Assembly (NCBI GenBank): GCA_965263035.1
Contig: OZ253580.1
Coordinates: forward strand, 5,696,001 to 5,760,000
Source: Acidobacteriota bacterium
GTDB lineage: Bacteria > Acidobacteriota > UBA6911 > RPQK01 > JAJDTT01
Direction: 5' to 3'
DNA length: 64,000 bases
Both the position numbers and the translations under genes were made by a program. A model generated the notes under the pieces. It saw nothing but the letters and a program-made list of their open reading frames with translations, had not been told where the DNA came from and ran no database searches. Numbering within the stretch: the first letter of the stretch is position 1; each line of letters starts with the position of its first letter. Positions 9,604 to 18,499 of this stretch are shown here, piece after piece.

Positions 9604-10935
9604 GAGTCTGCGCCGCAGCAAATAGGGGTCCGATCCTCATGGGAGAATAGACGGCGGAGGTGCCGGATGCCAACGACGTTTCGCCCCTACCACCCGAAAC
9701 AGAAGCTGCTGTTGCCGCCGGACCTGCGGTACTGGTTGCCGGAGGGCCATCTTACCTGCCGCGTGAGCGATCTGGTGGACGGACTGGACCTGACGGCGTT
9801 TTACGCTCCCTACGAAGGGGACGGTCGGCGCAACGGACCGTATGAGCCGCGGATGATGGTGAAGCTCCTGATCTACGGGTACGCGACCGGCGTGTTTTCG
9901 TCTCGGGGGATCGCGAAGAAGCTGGAGGAGGACGTGGCGTTTCGGATGCTGGCGGCGGGGAACTTTCCGGCGCATCGGACGATCAGCGAGTTTCGTCGCC
10001 GGCACCTGGAGGACTTCCGGAAGCTGTTCGTGGAGGTGGTCGGGCTGGCGCGAGAGCTGGGGTTGGCGAAGTTAGGGACGTTGTCGATCGACGGCACGAA
10101 GGTGCGGGCGAATGCGAGCAAGCGCAAGGCGATGACCTACCGCCGGATGAATCGGGAACAAGGGTGTCTGGAGGCGGAGATCGGGGAGTGGCTGCGACGA
10201 GCGGACGAGATAGACGCGGAGGAAGACGCCCGCTACGGGAAGGATCGGCGTGGGGACGAGATTCCGGAAGAGTTGCGAACTCGGAAGGGTCGACTGGCGG
10301 CGATCCGGGCGGCCAAGGCGCGATTGGAGGCGGCCCAACGAGCGGCGGATCGGGCCCGGGACCGCAGACCGGGGCAAGATCGGAATCCGAAGAGAGGGCG
10401 ACCCTACAAGCGGGCTTATGGGGAACTGAATCCGAAGGCACAGAGCAACTTCACGGGCCCGGAGAGCGGGATCATGCACACCAGTCCAGAAGGGTTCCGG
10501 CAGTGCTACAACGCGCAGGTGACCGTAGACGGAGCGAATCAGGTGATCGTCTCGACGCAGGTGACGGCAAACGCCAGTGATCAAGGCCAGATGATCTCCC
10601 AGTTGGACGCGGTGAAGGCGAGGTACGGACAACAGCCGGAGACGGTGCTGGCGGACTCGGACTACGGCAACGAGCGGGACTTGGCGGAGTTGGAGGCACG
10701 GGGCATTGACGGGTATGTGGCGCTGGGCCGAGAGGGGAAGACCCCGACCAAGAGGGGAGATCCGGAGACGGCTCCGGCGACATGGCGGATGGCGCAGAAA
10801 CAGGCAACAGAGACGGGTCGGGCCACCTACGCTCGGCGCAAATGGATCTCGGAAGCGTCGCACGAGTGGATCAAAGAGGTGTTGGAATTTCGTCGGTTCA
10901 GCGTCCGGGGCCTCCGCAAGGTGAAGAGGGAGCTT
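9604..10935 (+). mobile_element. IS1182-family element, left end present, 3'-truncated
   Basis: CTAG (9600-9603) followed by terminal GAGTCTGCGCCGCAG; no matching right terminal repeat seen; end coordinate approximate. Confidence 0.8.
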
Positions 10936-10995
10936 GAAGAGTTGTTTCTCAGAGAAGGGGTTCGCTTCCCACCATTCTCGACAGATCAACTTTGA
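9667..10995 (+). CDS. IS1182-family DDE transposase, C-terminus replaced by unrelated sequence
   Basis: LLPPDLRYWLPEGHL, YEPRMMVKLLIYGY, IDGTKVRANAS, YNAQ, LADSDY, FRRFSVRGL; the usual final helix is missing. Confidence 0.85.
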   Translation: MPTTFRPYHPKQKLLLPPDLRYWLPEGHLTCRVSDLVDGLDLTAFYAPYEGDGRRNGPYEPRMMVKLLIYGYATGVFSSRGIAKKLEEDVAFRMLAAGNFPAHRTISEFRRRHLEDFRKLFVEVVGLARELGLAKLGTLSIDGTKVRANASKRKAMTYRRMNREQGCLEAEIGEWLRRADEIDAEEDARYGKDRRGDEIPEELRTRKGRLAAIRAAKARLEAAQRAADRARDRRPGQDRNPKRGRPYKRAYGELNPKAQSNFTGPESGIMHTSPEGFRQCYNAQVTVDGANQVIVSTQVTANASDQGQMISQLDAVKARYGQQPETVLADSDYGNERDLAELEARGIDGYVALGREGKTPTKRGDPETAPATWRMAQKQATETGRATYARRKWISEASHEWIKEVLEFRRFSVRGLRKVKRELEELFLREGVRFPPFSTDQL

Positions 10996-11090
10996 AGCGG
11001 CATAGTTGTTTATGAGATGCAAGCTTGTCTTGCTCTCTCTCCGAGGCCCGTGCTCCGGCACGGGCTTTCGTGTTTCCGGAGACCTCGTCG

Positions 11091-11834
11091 GTGACGTATT
11101 TCGCATACCTTGATGAATTCGGGCATATCGGCCCCTACGTCAGCAGGCGAGACCGAAGGTACAAGGACAGTCCAGTGTTTGGCCTGGCGGGCTTCGTCCT
11201 CGCTTCCGAAGTGGTGCGTGGGTTCGGAACCTGGTTCTTCCGGCGCAAGTGCGAGCTTCTCGAATTTGAGATCAACCGGTCGGGGAAACATCCGGCCCTA
11301 TGGGAAGAGAAGAGGGCGAGCCTCTACACTGTCAAGAACGTGACGCGGTACGCAGAACTCAGGAATTTCACCAACCGGCTGTTCAACAAGATCGAAGCGC
11401 TCGGCGGATTCGTCTTCTATGTCGGTCTCAAAAAGACTGCGCCGCCAAGGGCGGACAATTCGAACAGGCTCTACACACGGGTATTTCTTGAGGCAATCAA
11501 GCGGATTGATGGATTTTGCGAAGAGGATTGTAATCCGCCCGGGGATTTTGTCCTGATTCTCGATGAACACGATCAACGATCTGCCCTGATCACCGAGGCG
11601 GCACGGAGCATGTATGCGAGGACGGAACGCCGCCGGCGTCTTATCGAGCCGCCGTTCCATCTGGAAAGCCACCGGTATCAGACCCTCCAGGCAGCGGATT
11701 GGATTGCCGGATTGGTGGGACGCCTTGGGGCAATCTGGGCCGATCCGGCAGCGTATCCCGAGAACGAAGTGTTCCGCCGGTACTTCGAGCACCGGCTCAA
11801 TCACGTTAGCGGGCGGAGCGGAGTCCGAAGGTAG
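11091..11834 (+). CDS. DUF3800 domain-containing protein
   Basis: N-terminal YLDEFG, central ILDE, C-terminal S..YQTLQAADWIAG; GTG start at 11091. Confidence 0.82.
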   Translation: MTYFAYLDEFGHIGPYVSRRDRRYKDSPVFGLAGFVLASEVVRGFGTWFFRRKCELLEFEINRSGKHPALWEEKRASLYTVKNVTRYAELRNFTNRLFNKIEALGGFVFYVGLKKTAPPRADNSNRLYTRVFLEAIKRIDGFCEEDCNPPGDFVLILDEHDQRSALITEAARSMYARTERRRRLIEPPFHLESHRYQTLQAADWIAGLVGRLGAIWADPAAYPENEVFRRYFEHRLNHVSGRSGVRR

Positions 11835-12210
11835 CGCGTCGGGCGAACAAGACTGGGCACCCGCCCGCGAATCGCCATTCCCTCACCATAGCCTGACCTG
11901 CCCGTCCCTCTTCTCGGCCAGTTCCTGCCGCCGGGCGAGGCGGACCCCACGCCGACAACGGCAGCAGAGGGGATCGGCCAGGGTCGCGAGTCCCTGGCGG
12001 AGGACGTCGTCCAAGGGCCTATACCTCACCCTTCGTCCGCCCTCGCCAAGCCGACACAGGCCCTCTGAGCGCGTCTTTTTTCGCGGGATCGGCCCCATTC
12101 GGTCCGGGAGCATCGAAACTTCCCGAATCCTGGCGCTCCAGTGCCAGGCCCTGAAGCGTTACGGATCTCTTCGCCCCGGGTGAAGATCCCTTCTCCACGG
12201 GCCGCGAATT

Positions 12211-12238
12211 ATTGTCGGCAAAGTACGTTACCGTAAAC
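12211..12238. promoter_or_regulatory. Imperfect palindromic site immediately upstream of the recombinase (candidate binding or res site)
   Basis: ATTGTCGGCAA-AGTACG-TTACCGTAAAC, AT-rich, 4 bp before the ATG. Confidence 0.45.
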
Positions 12239-12242
12239 AATT

Positions 12243-13223
12243 ATGGCCGACTCGCTGCCCGACCTCGTCCCCCTCAACCCCGTCCGCGGGGAGATCGCCG
12301 CGAAAGCGTTCCCGCCGGTGCTGGAGCGCGCCGGCCGCGTCGCCTGCTTTGCGGCGGACGAGTTCTTCTCCGCCCGGATCTCCAACCCGGAGACGCGCCG
12401 GGCCTACGGCCGGGCCGTCGGGTGGTTCCTCAAGTTTTGCGAGCGTGAGGACGTGGAGCTCCACCGCGTCACGCCTGGCCTGGCCGGCCGGTTCCTGCGC
12501 GACCTGCCCGTCTCGGCCGCCACCAAGAACCAGGCCCTCGCGGCGCTCAGGCATTTTTTCGACGCCCTGGTCACCCGACACGCGGTCGTGTTGAACCCCT
12601 TTCACTCGGTCCGGGGGATCCAGCACCAGGTGATCGACGGCAAGACCCCGGAGATCAGCCTGTCGCAGGCGCGCCGGCTCTTTGCCGCCATCGAACTCGA
12701 CTCCCCCATGGGGCTCCGGGACCGGGCCATGCTCGGCACCCTGATCACCACCGGCTGCCGCATCGGGGCGCTTTGCCGGCTGCGGATCGGGGACCTGAGC
12801 CACCACGAGGAGGGCCAGCTCTTTCGGTTCCGCGAGAAAAACGGCAAGGAACGCGAAATCCCCGTGCGATCTGACCTGGAAGAGTGGATCGAGGCGTACA
12901 TGGGCGCGGCCGGGATCGCCGAAGACCCGCCCAGCGCGCCGCTGTGGCGCGGCGCGCTCCGAGGCGGATCCCTCACCCGCCGGCAGGTCAACCAAGCCGC
13001 CGTCCGGGCCATGCTCAAGCGCCGCCTCGCCTCGGCCGGTCTCCCCGACAACCTGACGCCGCACTCGTTTCGTGTCATGGTCGTCACCGCCCTGCTCTCC
13101 CAGAACGTCCCCGTCGAGGAGGTCCAGCACCTGGTCGGGCACTCCCACCCCTCCACCACCCAGCTCTACGACCGCCGGCGCCGGCGCGTCACCCGCAGCA
13201 TCGTCGAGCGGATCCCCTTCTAG
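12243..13223 (+). CDS. Tyrosine recombinase/integrase (XerC-like resolvase type)
   Basis: RDRAML..TGCRIG (R), EKNGK (K), HSFR, LVGHS..TTQLY: complete R-K-H-x-x-R-H-Y set. Confidence 0.92.
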   Translation: MADSLPDLVPLNPVRGEIAAKAFPPVLERAGRVACFAADEFFSARISNPETRRAYGRAVGWFLKFCEREDVELHRVTPGLAGRFLRDLPVSAATKNQALAALRHFFDALVTRHAVVLNPFHSVRGIQHQVIDGKTPEISLSQARRLFAAIELDSPMGLRDRAMLGTLITTGCRIGALCRLRIGDLSHHEEGQLFRFREKNGKEREIPVRSDLEEWIEAYMGAAGIAEDPPSAPLWRGALRGGSLTRRQVNQAAVRAMLKRRLASAGLPDNLTPHSFRVMVVTALLSQNVPVEEVQHLVGHSHPSTTQLYDRRRRRVTRSIVERIPF

Positions 13224-13309
13224 ACGGCCGCATACCCGTGCGAAGCCACTCCCGGTCCGTGGGCGGTCTTCCAGCTGTCCGGTTCCCGGGACCATGCCGC
13301 TGGGGGGCG

Positions 13310-13337
13310 AGGTTCGTTAGTTTCAGTTAGCGGATCT
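13310..13337 (+). other. Putative tyrosine-recombinase core site 1 (11-6-11)
   Basis: AGGTTCGTTAG-TTTCAG-TTAGCGGATCT; direct repeat of 15528-15555. Confidence 0.55.
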
Positions 13338-13903
13338 TATGGTCACCTTCCTTCCGAATTTTTGTGCTTGAGGCCCTAGAGTTCCAGGAGCTTTGTAGAC
13401 CACGATTGCGTCGCTCTTGGTGACGGCGCCAGTAACAATGCCCAACGCAGTCCCTATACCAATTGCAACTGCGGGGACAAACAATATAAGTCTCTGCGCT
13501 TCTCCTAGGTCTTTGTTGCCGGCTCTATTGGCAGGGGTCATCATCATGCCTGCAATCCCCAGCCCAGCTCCCGCTGCGGCTCCGATGATCGCTCCTTTCC
13601 GGGCACCGTTTGCCGCGCCACCCTTCTTCTGAGTTGCAATCGTCTGGATGTCCGCCTTCGGAATCACCGCCCGAGCGGATTGGGTCTCGACGTCCACGTC
13701 TGATGCGGACAGGCTTTCGAAGTTTCCTTCGACCTGATCTCCGTTCTTGAGTTTCACCGTGATGGGTGTTCCCAAGTCCAGAGCAGAGACCTTCTCCCAG
13801 CGGCCGGGGATCACCTCCGCATGGGCTGGCATGGAGATCAATCCCGTCAGAATCAAAGAGACGATTTGGATCCGGCATGATTTCATGGTTGGGGATCTCA
13901 TCA
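13323..13903 (-). CDS. Secreted/membrane protein with small beta-domain and glycine-zipper hairpin (copy A)
   Basis: AGGAGG SD, signal peptide ending AHA, ITVKLKNGDQVEG, GAIIGAAAGAGLG; near-duplicate of 14833-15363. Confidence 0.7.
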
Positions 13904-14107
13904 TGGCACCTCCTTCTGCCTGGATCTCCTGCCCCCCATGGGACCGTCCCCACAGAGGGCAGGAGGGACGCATCAGGAAATGTGATTTTCTCGCCCGGTT
14001 GGGCTCACCGAGGCCAGGAATGGCCACAGCAGGGGAGAAAAGGTCGCTCTGCCGCACGGGCATTTTCTGGGAATCGGGGTGGATACCCCACGGAGAAATT
14101 CCGGAAA

Positions 14108-14689
14108 TCAGTCGACGACTGTGACGATTGTCGTCTGGCGATCCAATTGTTTGCCCAGAAAATAGCCGAGAACGCCCCCACCCACAGGCGCACACACCAT
14201 GCCAACCATCCGACCCACAGCTGCGGAGCGGCTCAATTCCCCCCATCCTCGGACACCGATGGCAATCGGAAATGACAACCCAGATCCGGTTCCCAGAAGC
14301 AGCCCCAGTCCCCGCGATTTACCTTCTATTCTCTCCACACGGATTTCTTTGACTGACGCTTTGGGGACTATGGCGTCCCCACCCCCAGGGAAGCGCGTTC
14401 TATCGGTAGCCATTGTGATGCGATCGAGATGAATGCCACTGTCCTGAACGGCAATCACATCGCCCCGGACGGCACCCCCCTCCGAGAGCAACACCGTTAA
14501 CTGTTTCTCTCCGCTCACAAAATCCCGAAGCTCCTCCATGGTCATCTCGCGGCGAATCTCCGTGGCGGCATTCAGCGCCTCGGGAACACAGACCTGAGCG
14601 ATCAAGACTTGCGCCAGCAGCAACAGGATTATCCCCGCCGCTGTGGTCTTCCTCAGCCATCTGTTGCTCTTGCGGGTGAGAGTTACCAA
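14108..14689 (-). CDS. Secreted/membrane protein with glycine-rich C-terminal helices, similar architecture to its neighbours
   Basis: AAGGAGG SD, signal peptide, LTVLLSEGGAVRG, GGGVLGYFLGKQLD. Confidence 0.7.
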   Translation of the reverse strand: MVTLTRKSNRWLRKTTAAGIILLLLAQVLIAQVCVPEALNAATEIRREMTMEELRDFVSGEKQLTVLLSEGGAVRGDVIAVQDSGIHLDRITMATDRTRFPGGGDAIVPKASVKEIRVERIEGKSRGLGLLLGTGSGLSFPIAIGVRGWGELSRSAAVGRMVGMVCAPVGGGVLGYFLGKQLDRQTTIVTVVD

Positions 14690-14832
14690 TGGTGTCCACC
14701 TCCTTGAAGTGACTCGGAAATCTGTCGATGGACGCTCGCGGTCACCTTCGAATCATCACTCTCCTGCCCCCGTGGATCGTCCCCACAACGGCCCTTTTCG
14801 TCTCCCCCTTGCGAATCTCTGTGCTTGGGACT

Positions 14833-15363
14833 CTAGGGAGTTCCGGGAGCTTTGTAGACTACGATTGCATCGCTCTTGGTGGCGGCACCGACGACAATAC
14901 CCAACGCAGTCCCGATTCCAGTTGCAACTGCGGGGACAAACAATAGAAAGAGTCCCTGCGCTTCTCCTAGGTCTTCGTTGCCGTCTCTATTGGCAAGGGT
15001 CATCATCATGCCTGCAGCCCCAACCCCAGCTCCCGCTGCGGCTCCGATGATCGCTCCTTTCCGGGCGCCGTTTGCCGTGCCACCCTTCTTCTGAGTTGCA
15101 ATCGTCTGGATGTCCGCCTTCGGAATCACCGCCCGAGCGGATTGGGTCTCGACGTCCACGTCCGATGCGGACAGGCCTTCGAAGTTTCCTTCGGCCTGAT
15201 CTCCGTTCTTGAGTTTCACCGTGATGGGTGTTCCCAACTCCAGAGCAGACACTTTTTCCCAGCGGCCGGGGATCACCTCCCCATGGGCTGGCATTGAGAT
15301 CAATCCCGCCAGAATCAACGAGACGATTTGGATCCGGACTGAATTCATGGTTTGGAATCTCAT
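14833..15363 (-). CDS. Secreted/membrane glycine-zipper protein (copy B)
   Basis: Highly similar to copy A in DNA and protein, including about 110 bp upstream. Confidence 0.7.
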   Translation of the reverse strand: MRFQTMNSVRIQIVSLILAGLISMPAHGEVIPGRWEKVSALELGTPITVKLKNGDQAEGNFEGLSASDVDVETQSARAVIPKADIQTIATQKKGGTANGARKGAIIGAAAGAGVGAAGMMMTLANRDGNEDLGEAQGLFLLFVPAVATGIGTALGIVVGAATKSDAIVVYKAPGTP

Positions 15364-15527
15364 CACGGCACCTCCTTCTGCCTGGATCTCCTGCCCCCCA
15401 TGGGACCGTCCCCACAGAGGGCAGGAGGGACGCATCAGGAAATGTGAATTTTTCTCCGGCGGGGGCTCACCGGGACCAGAATTGGTGGCGCTAGCGGGAA
15501 AATTGAATCACGCATGGCAGAGGCGCA

Positions 15528-15555
15528 AGGTCCGTTAATTTCAGTTAACGGACAT
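15528..15555 (+). other. Putative tyrosine-recombinase core site 2 (11-6-11)
   Basis: AGGTCCGTTAA-TTTCAG-TTAACGGACAT; arms 10/11 complementary; same spacer as site 1. Confidence 0.6.
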
Positions 15556-15625
15556 TCTCGTCACCGCGAATCGGAGGAGGGAGTTTCCAGGGGATCCATT
15601 CGGCAGGCCATTCTCGGCCAAGCCA

Positions 15626-16079
15626 GCTCAGGGCCGACCGAGTGCGTCACCACTCGGCCGGCTTGCCTCCGAAGACCAGCGCAGCTGAGGCCAGGCTCTT
15701 GCTCCGGCACGACACCAGTAGATGTGATTTTTTCGCCGGAAGGGGCTCACCCGTCTGGGCGCCGCGACGGCGGTGCTGGTCCTGTCTGCGCCGGGGAACG
15801 AACTTGGGCAAGGTCCTCTCGTGGAGAGTGACAGAGAAGGGAGCCGATCGGGGTTCAAGCGACGGGTCATTTCATCTTCAATGGGGCTGGGCATCTGGAG
15901 ACAGGCCTCCGGAAGCGTGTCGGAACAATGGAACTTGATCCGGGTGGCGGCAGGGTGAGCCGGAGGGCCTGAGTCGTCCGCTTGACAAGCGGATTGTTGT
16001 CGGCGTGAGTCGCTTGGAGTATCCTGGGTGTTCCTTAGGCGAGCCTGCCGAATGGTGACGCACTCGACAGGCCCTGAGC
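15626..16079. repeat. Pair of 43-bp inverted repeats (15626-15668 and 16037-16079)
   Basis: 37/43 identity between GCTCAGGGCC..GAGTGCGTCACC..GCCT and the reverse complement of the second copy. Confidence 0.75.
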
Positions 16080-16295
16080 CAACTCGTCCTATGCCGGAGG
16101 AAGAGCCCGCCTGGTAGATATTTTACTCCAACAGGCCCCCTGGCTTCAGTCCGGCATAGGACCGGCTCGATCGCTTGTTCCGATGATCCGGCCCCGACTC
16201 GAGGAGCGAACCACCTTTGCGGCCGATCGGAAGCGCGTCAGCGCCCTCCGTTGGCAAAAATCCCAAACCCGAGAACGCGCAGGAGGAACCCATAC

Positions 16296-16556
16296 ATGCG
16301 AAGACAAGTCACGGCGACGCGCAAGGACACGGACGGGGACATCACGGCGCTCTGCAACCGTTTCGCCGTGTGGTCGCCCCGGTCGAAGGCAAACGCCATC
16401 AGCGACATCGAGTCTGGGCTCCACGAGTACTACGTCTCTTGGGCGGGCGGCATCGTGACGAACATCCGCGTCGTCCACGGCCGTTACGGCAAGCACCTCC
16501 GCACTGACAGAGATAGCATGACCCGGAACAACTTGGATGATCTTCCCGGTTGCTAG
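16296..16556 (+). CDS. DUF3892 domain-containing small protein
   Basis: AGGAGG SD; KDTDGDITAL, AISDIE, HLRTDRD...NNLDDLP. Confidence 0.75.
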   Translation: MRRQVTATRKDTDGDITALCNRFAVWSPRSKANAISDIESGLHEYYVSWAGGIVTNIRVVHGRYGKHLRTDRDSMTRNNLDDLPGC

Positions 16557-17776
16557 TACCTATTAACACTTAAAGTATCGGGTACAGGCTCTTCAGCTTG
16601 ATCCGTGCATCCTCCGTCTTGAATTGCCAGTTGATCTCGGTTTGCCGTTGATTCCGATCGCCGACCCAAGCCTCGATCTCGCGTTGCATCTGGGCCAAGC
16701 TTGGAATGCGGCGGTCGAGGCATTGTCCGCACAGCGTGCTCAGTTCGATTTCCGCAATGTTGAGCCAGCTCCCGTGCTTCGGCGTGTAATGGATTTCGAG
16801 TCGTTCCGCCAGTTGGCGAGCGTGTCGGGGCTCGTAGGTCGCGTACAGCGATTCGATTCCGTGCGTGTTCAGGTTGTCCATGACCAGGACCACCCGCTCG
16901 GCCTCCGGATATCGCCTCTCCAGCATGCCCTCAATCCAGCGGGCCCAATCCTGGCGCGTACGCCGCTCGCCCGCCTCCACATGGCTGCGGCCGGTCAGCG
17001 GCTCCACCTCCAGGAAGATCTGCGCGACCCCGTTGCGCACGTACTCGTGCTCGATCCGCTCCGGCTGGCCCGGCTCCACGGGCAGCGGCTCCCGCACTTC
17101 GCCGATCAACTGCTTGTGGGTCTCATCCATGCAGACCACCGGCCGACGGGGATGGTAGGCACGGGCATAGACTTCCAAAACGTCCTCCATGCAGGCTACA
17201 AATGCGGCGCTGCCCCGCGGCGGGATCCGCCAATACTTCTTCCGATGAGGCTGCAGTTGGTTTTTTTTAGCGTCCGCTGCACCGTCATCACCGACACCCG
17301 CTCGACCCAGCCCAGTTCCACTACTTTCTCCGCCAGCAGGCGCAGGGTCCAGCGCTTCCGCCCCGGCGGGGCCTGGGAACAGGCCAAGGCGACCAAGCGA
17401 GCCTCGAACACACCGTCGAAGATGACTTCCCGCGGCGGCCGCACCCGCCGCTTGCGCTCCAAGGCGAACTCCAGACCCTGCTCCACAAACCGCCGTTTCA
17501 AGCGCTCGACCGTGCGGGTTGAGACGCCCAGCGCCTCGGCCACCCGGGCCACGGTCCATCCCGGCCCCTCCGACCCGCGGTCGCACAACAATAGAGCCCG
17601 TGCGTACAGGAACCGCTTGCCGGTGGTCTTGGTCGCGGCCCGGGTCAATGCCTTCAATTCCGAGCGCTCTTCCACAGTGAGCGTGACACGATAGCGTGGT
17701 GCCATGAGAACCCCTCCTTCCGAGTTCTCCAGCCTCCTACTATAGTATACGACCAATTACATGTTATGGGGTACTA
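16554..17776 (-). mobile_element. IS630-family insertion sequence, apparently complete
   Basis: Imperfect TIRs TAGTACCTATTAACA / TGTTATGGGGTACTA; CTAG (TA target) at both ends. Confidence 0.9.
16570..17705 (-). CDS. IS630 transposase in two ORFs joined by a probable programmed -1 frameshift
   Basis: OrfA HTH (RWTLRLLA) 17196-17705; A8 slippery run at 17261-17268; OrfB VCMDE, DNLNTH, TPKHGSWLNIAEIE. Confidence 0.88.
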
Positions 17777-18035
17777 GTGTCTTGAATTCCGGCTCCACCT
17801 AGACGTTGTCCTGCTCGCCGGAGGAAGGCCGACAGCCTATCCGAACCATTTGCCATCATCCTCGGCTTCGACGATGGCCCATGCCGCCTCATTGCCCCGT
17901 CGTGCGGCTCGCACAATCGCCATGCTCTCCCGCAACGTTCGGTCAGAAGGATTAGGATTGCATTCGATAGGTTGCCACATTAGCACTCCCCGTTCATACA
18001 TCGCCTCGGGGTTGTCGGTCTCCTGGAAAAGAAGT

Positions 18036-18064
18036 GGGAGAAGGGGACAGTTACCTTTTCTCTT
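18036..18064 (+). repeat. Short palindromic repeat, copy 1
   Basis: GGGAGAAGGGGACAGTTACCTTTTCTCTT; 27/29 identical to 19886-19914. Confidence 0.7.
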
Positions 18065-18133
18065 GGCATAAGAGGGTCTGATCCGCGCCTCCCAGGAGTG
18101 GTTTCCCGACAGCGAAACCCCAGTATCCTCACT

Positions 18134-18390
18134 TCAGAGTTTCGCTGTCCTCCAGCTGTTCTCGATAGATCGTCGCCGAACCGGTGACACCGACAACGTC
18201 GAGAAGATGCGGTTTCCAGCGTCCATCTCCAGGGCGACTCCCGTGAGCCTTCCCTCTCCTGCGGAGGGGCCAGCCACGGCCCCGGTGAAGTTGGAGTCTC
18301 CGTCCCGGTACACTTCTGGTTGGTGAACCAGGCTGTTTGGCCTGGGGAGGCCCGCGGGAGGTTCTTCTTCTCCAGCACCGTGCCGGAACG
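18134..18390 (-). pseudogene. Frameshifted C-terminal remnant of a secreted-protein domain
   Basis: PGQTAWF, then in another frame NFTGAV..GEGRLTGVALEMDAGNRIFSTLSVSPV; no start codon; boundaries approximate. Confidence 0.4.
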
Positions 18391-18499
18391 GATGGCGCGA
18401 CCAGGCCGAAACGGAAGCGACTCAGGAGGAAAGCAAGTGACGACGAAGCCACGTAACTCAATCCTCGGGCAGGCAGCACACACGCCGGTCGGCAGGCCC

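Noticed and set aside
11883-12113. Short minus-strand ORF between DUF3800 and the recombinase
   Set aside because: It has no SD or recognisable family; it may be debris.
12243-15472. Integron (integrase plus cassette array)
   Set aside because: The recombinase lacks an evident IntI-specific insertion, the genes have their own promoter-like motifs, and the intergenic hairpins lack RYYYAAC/GTTRRRY attC ends.
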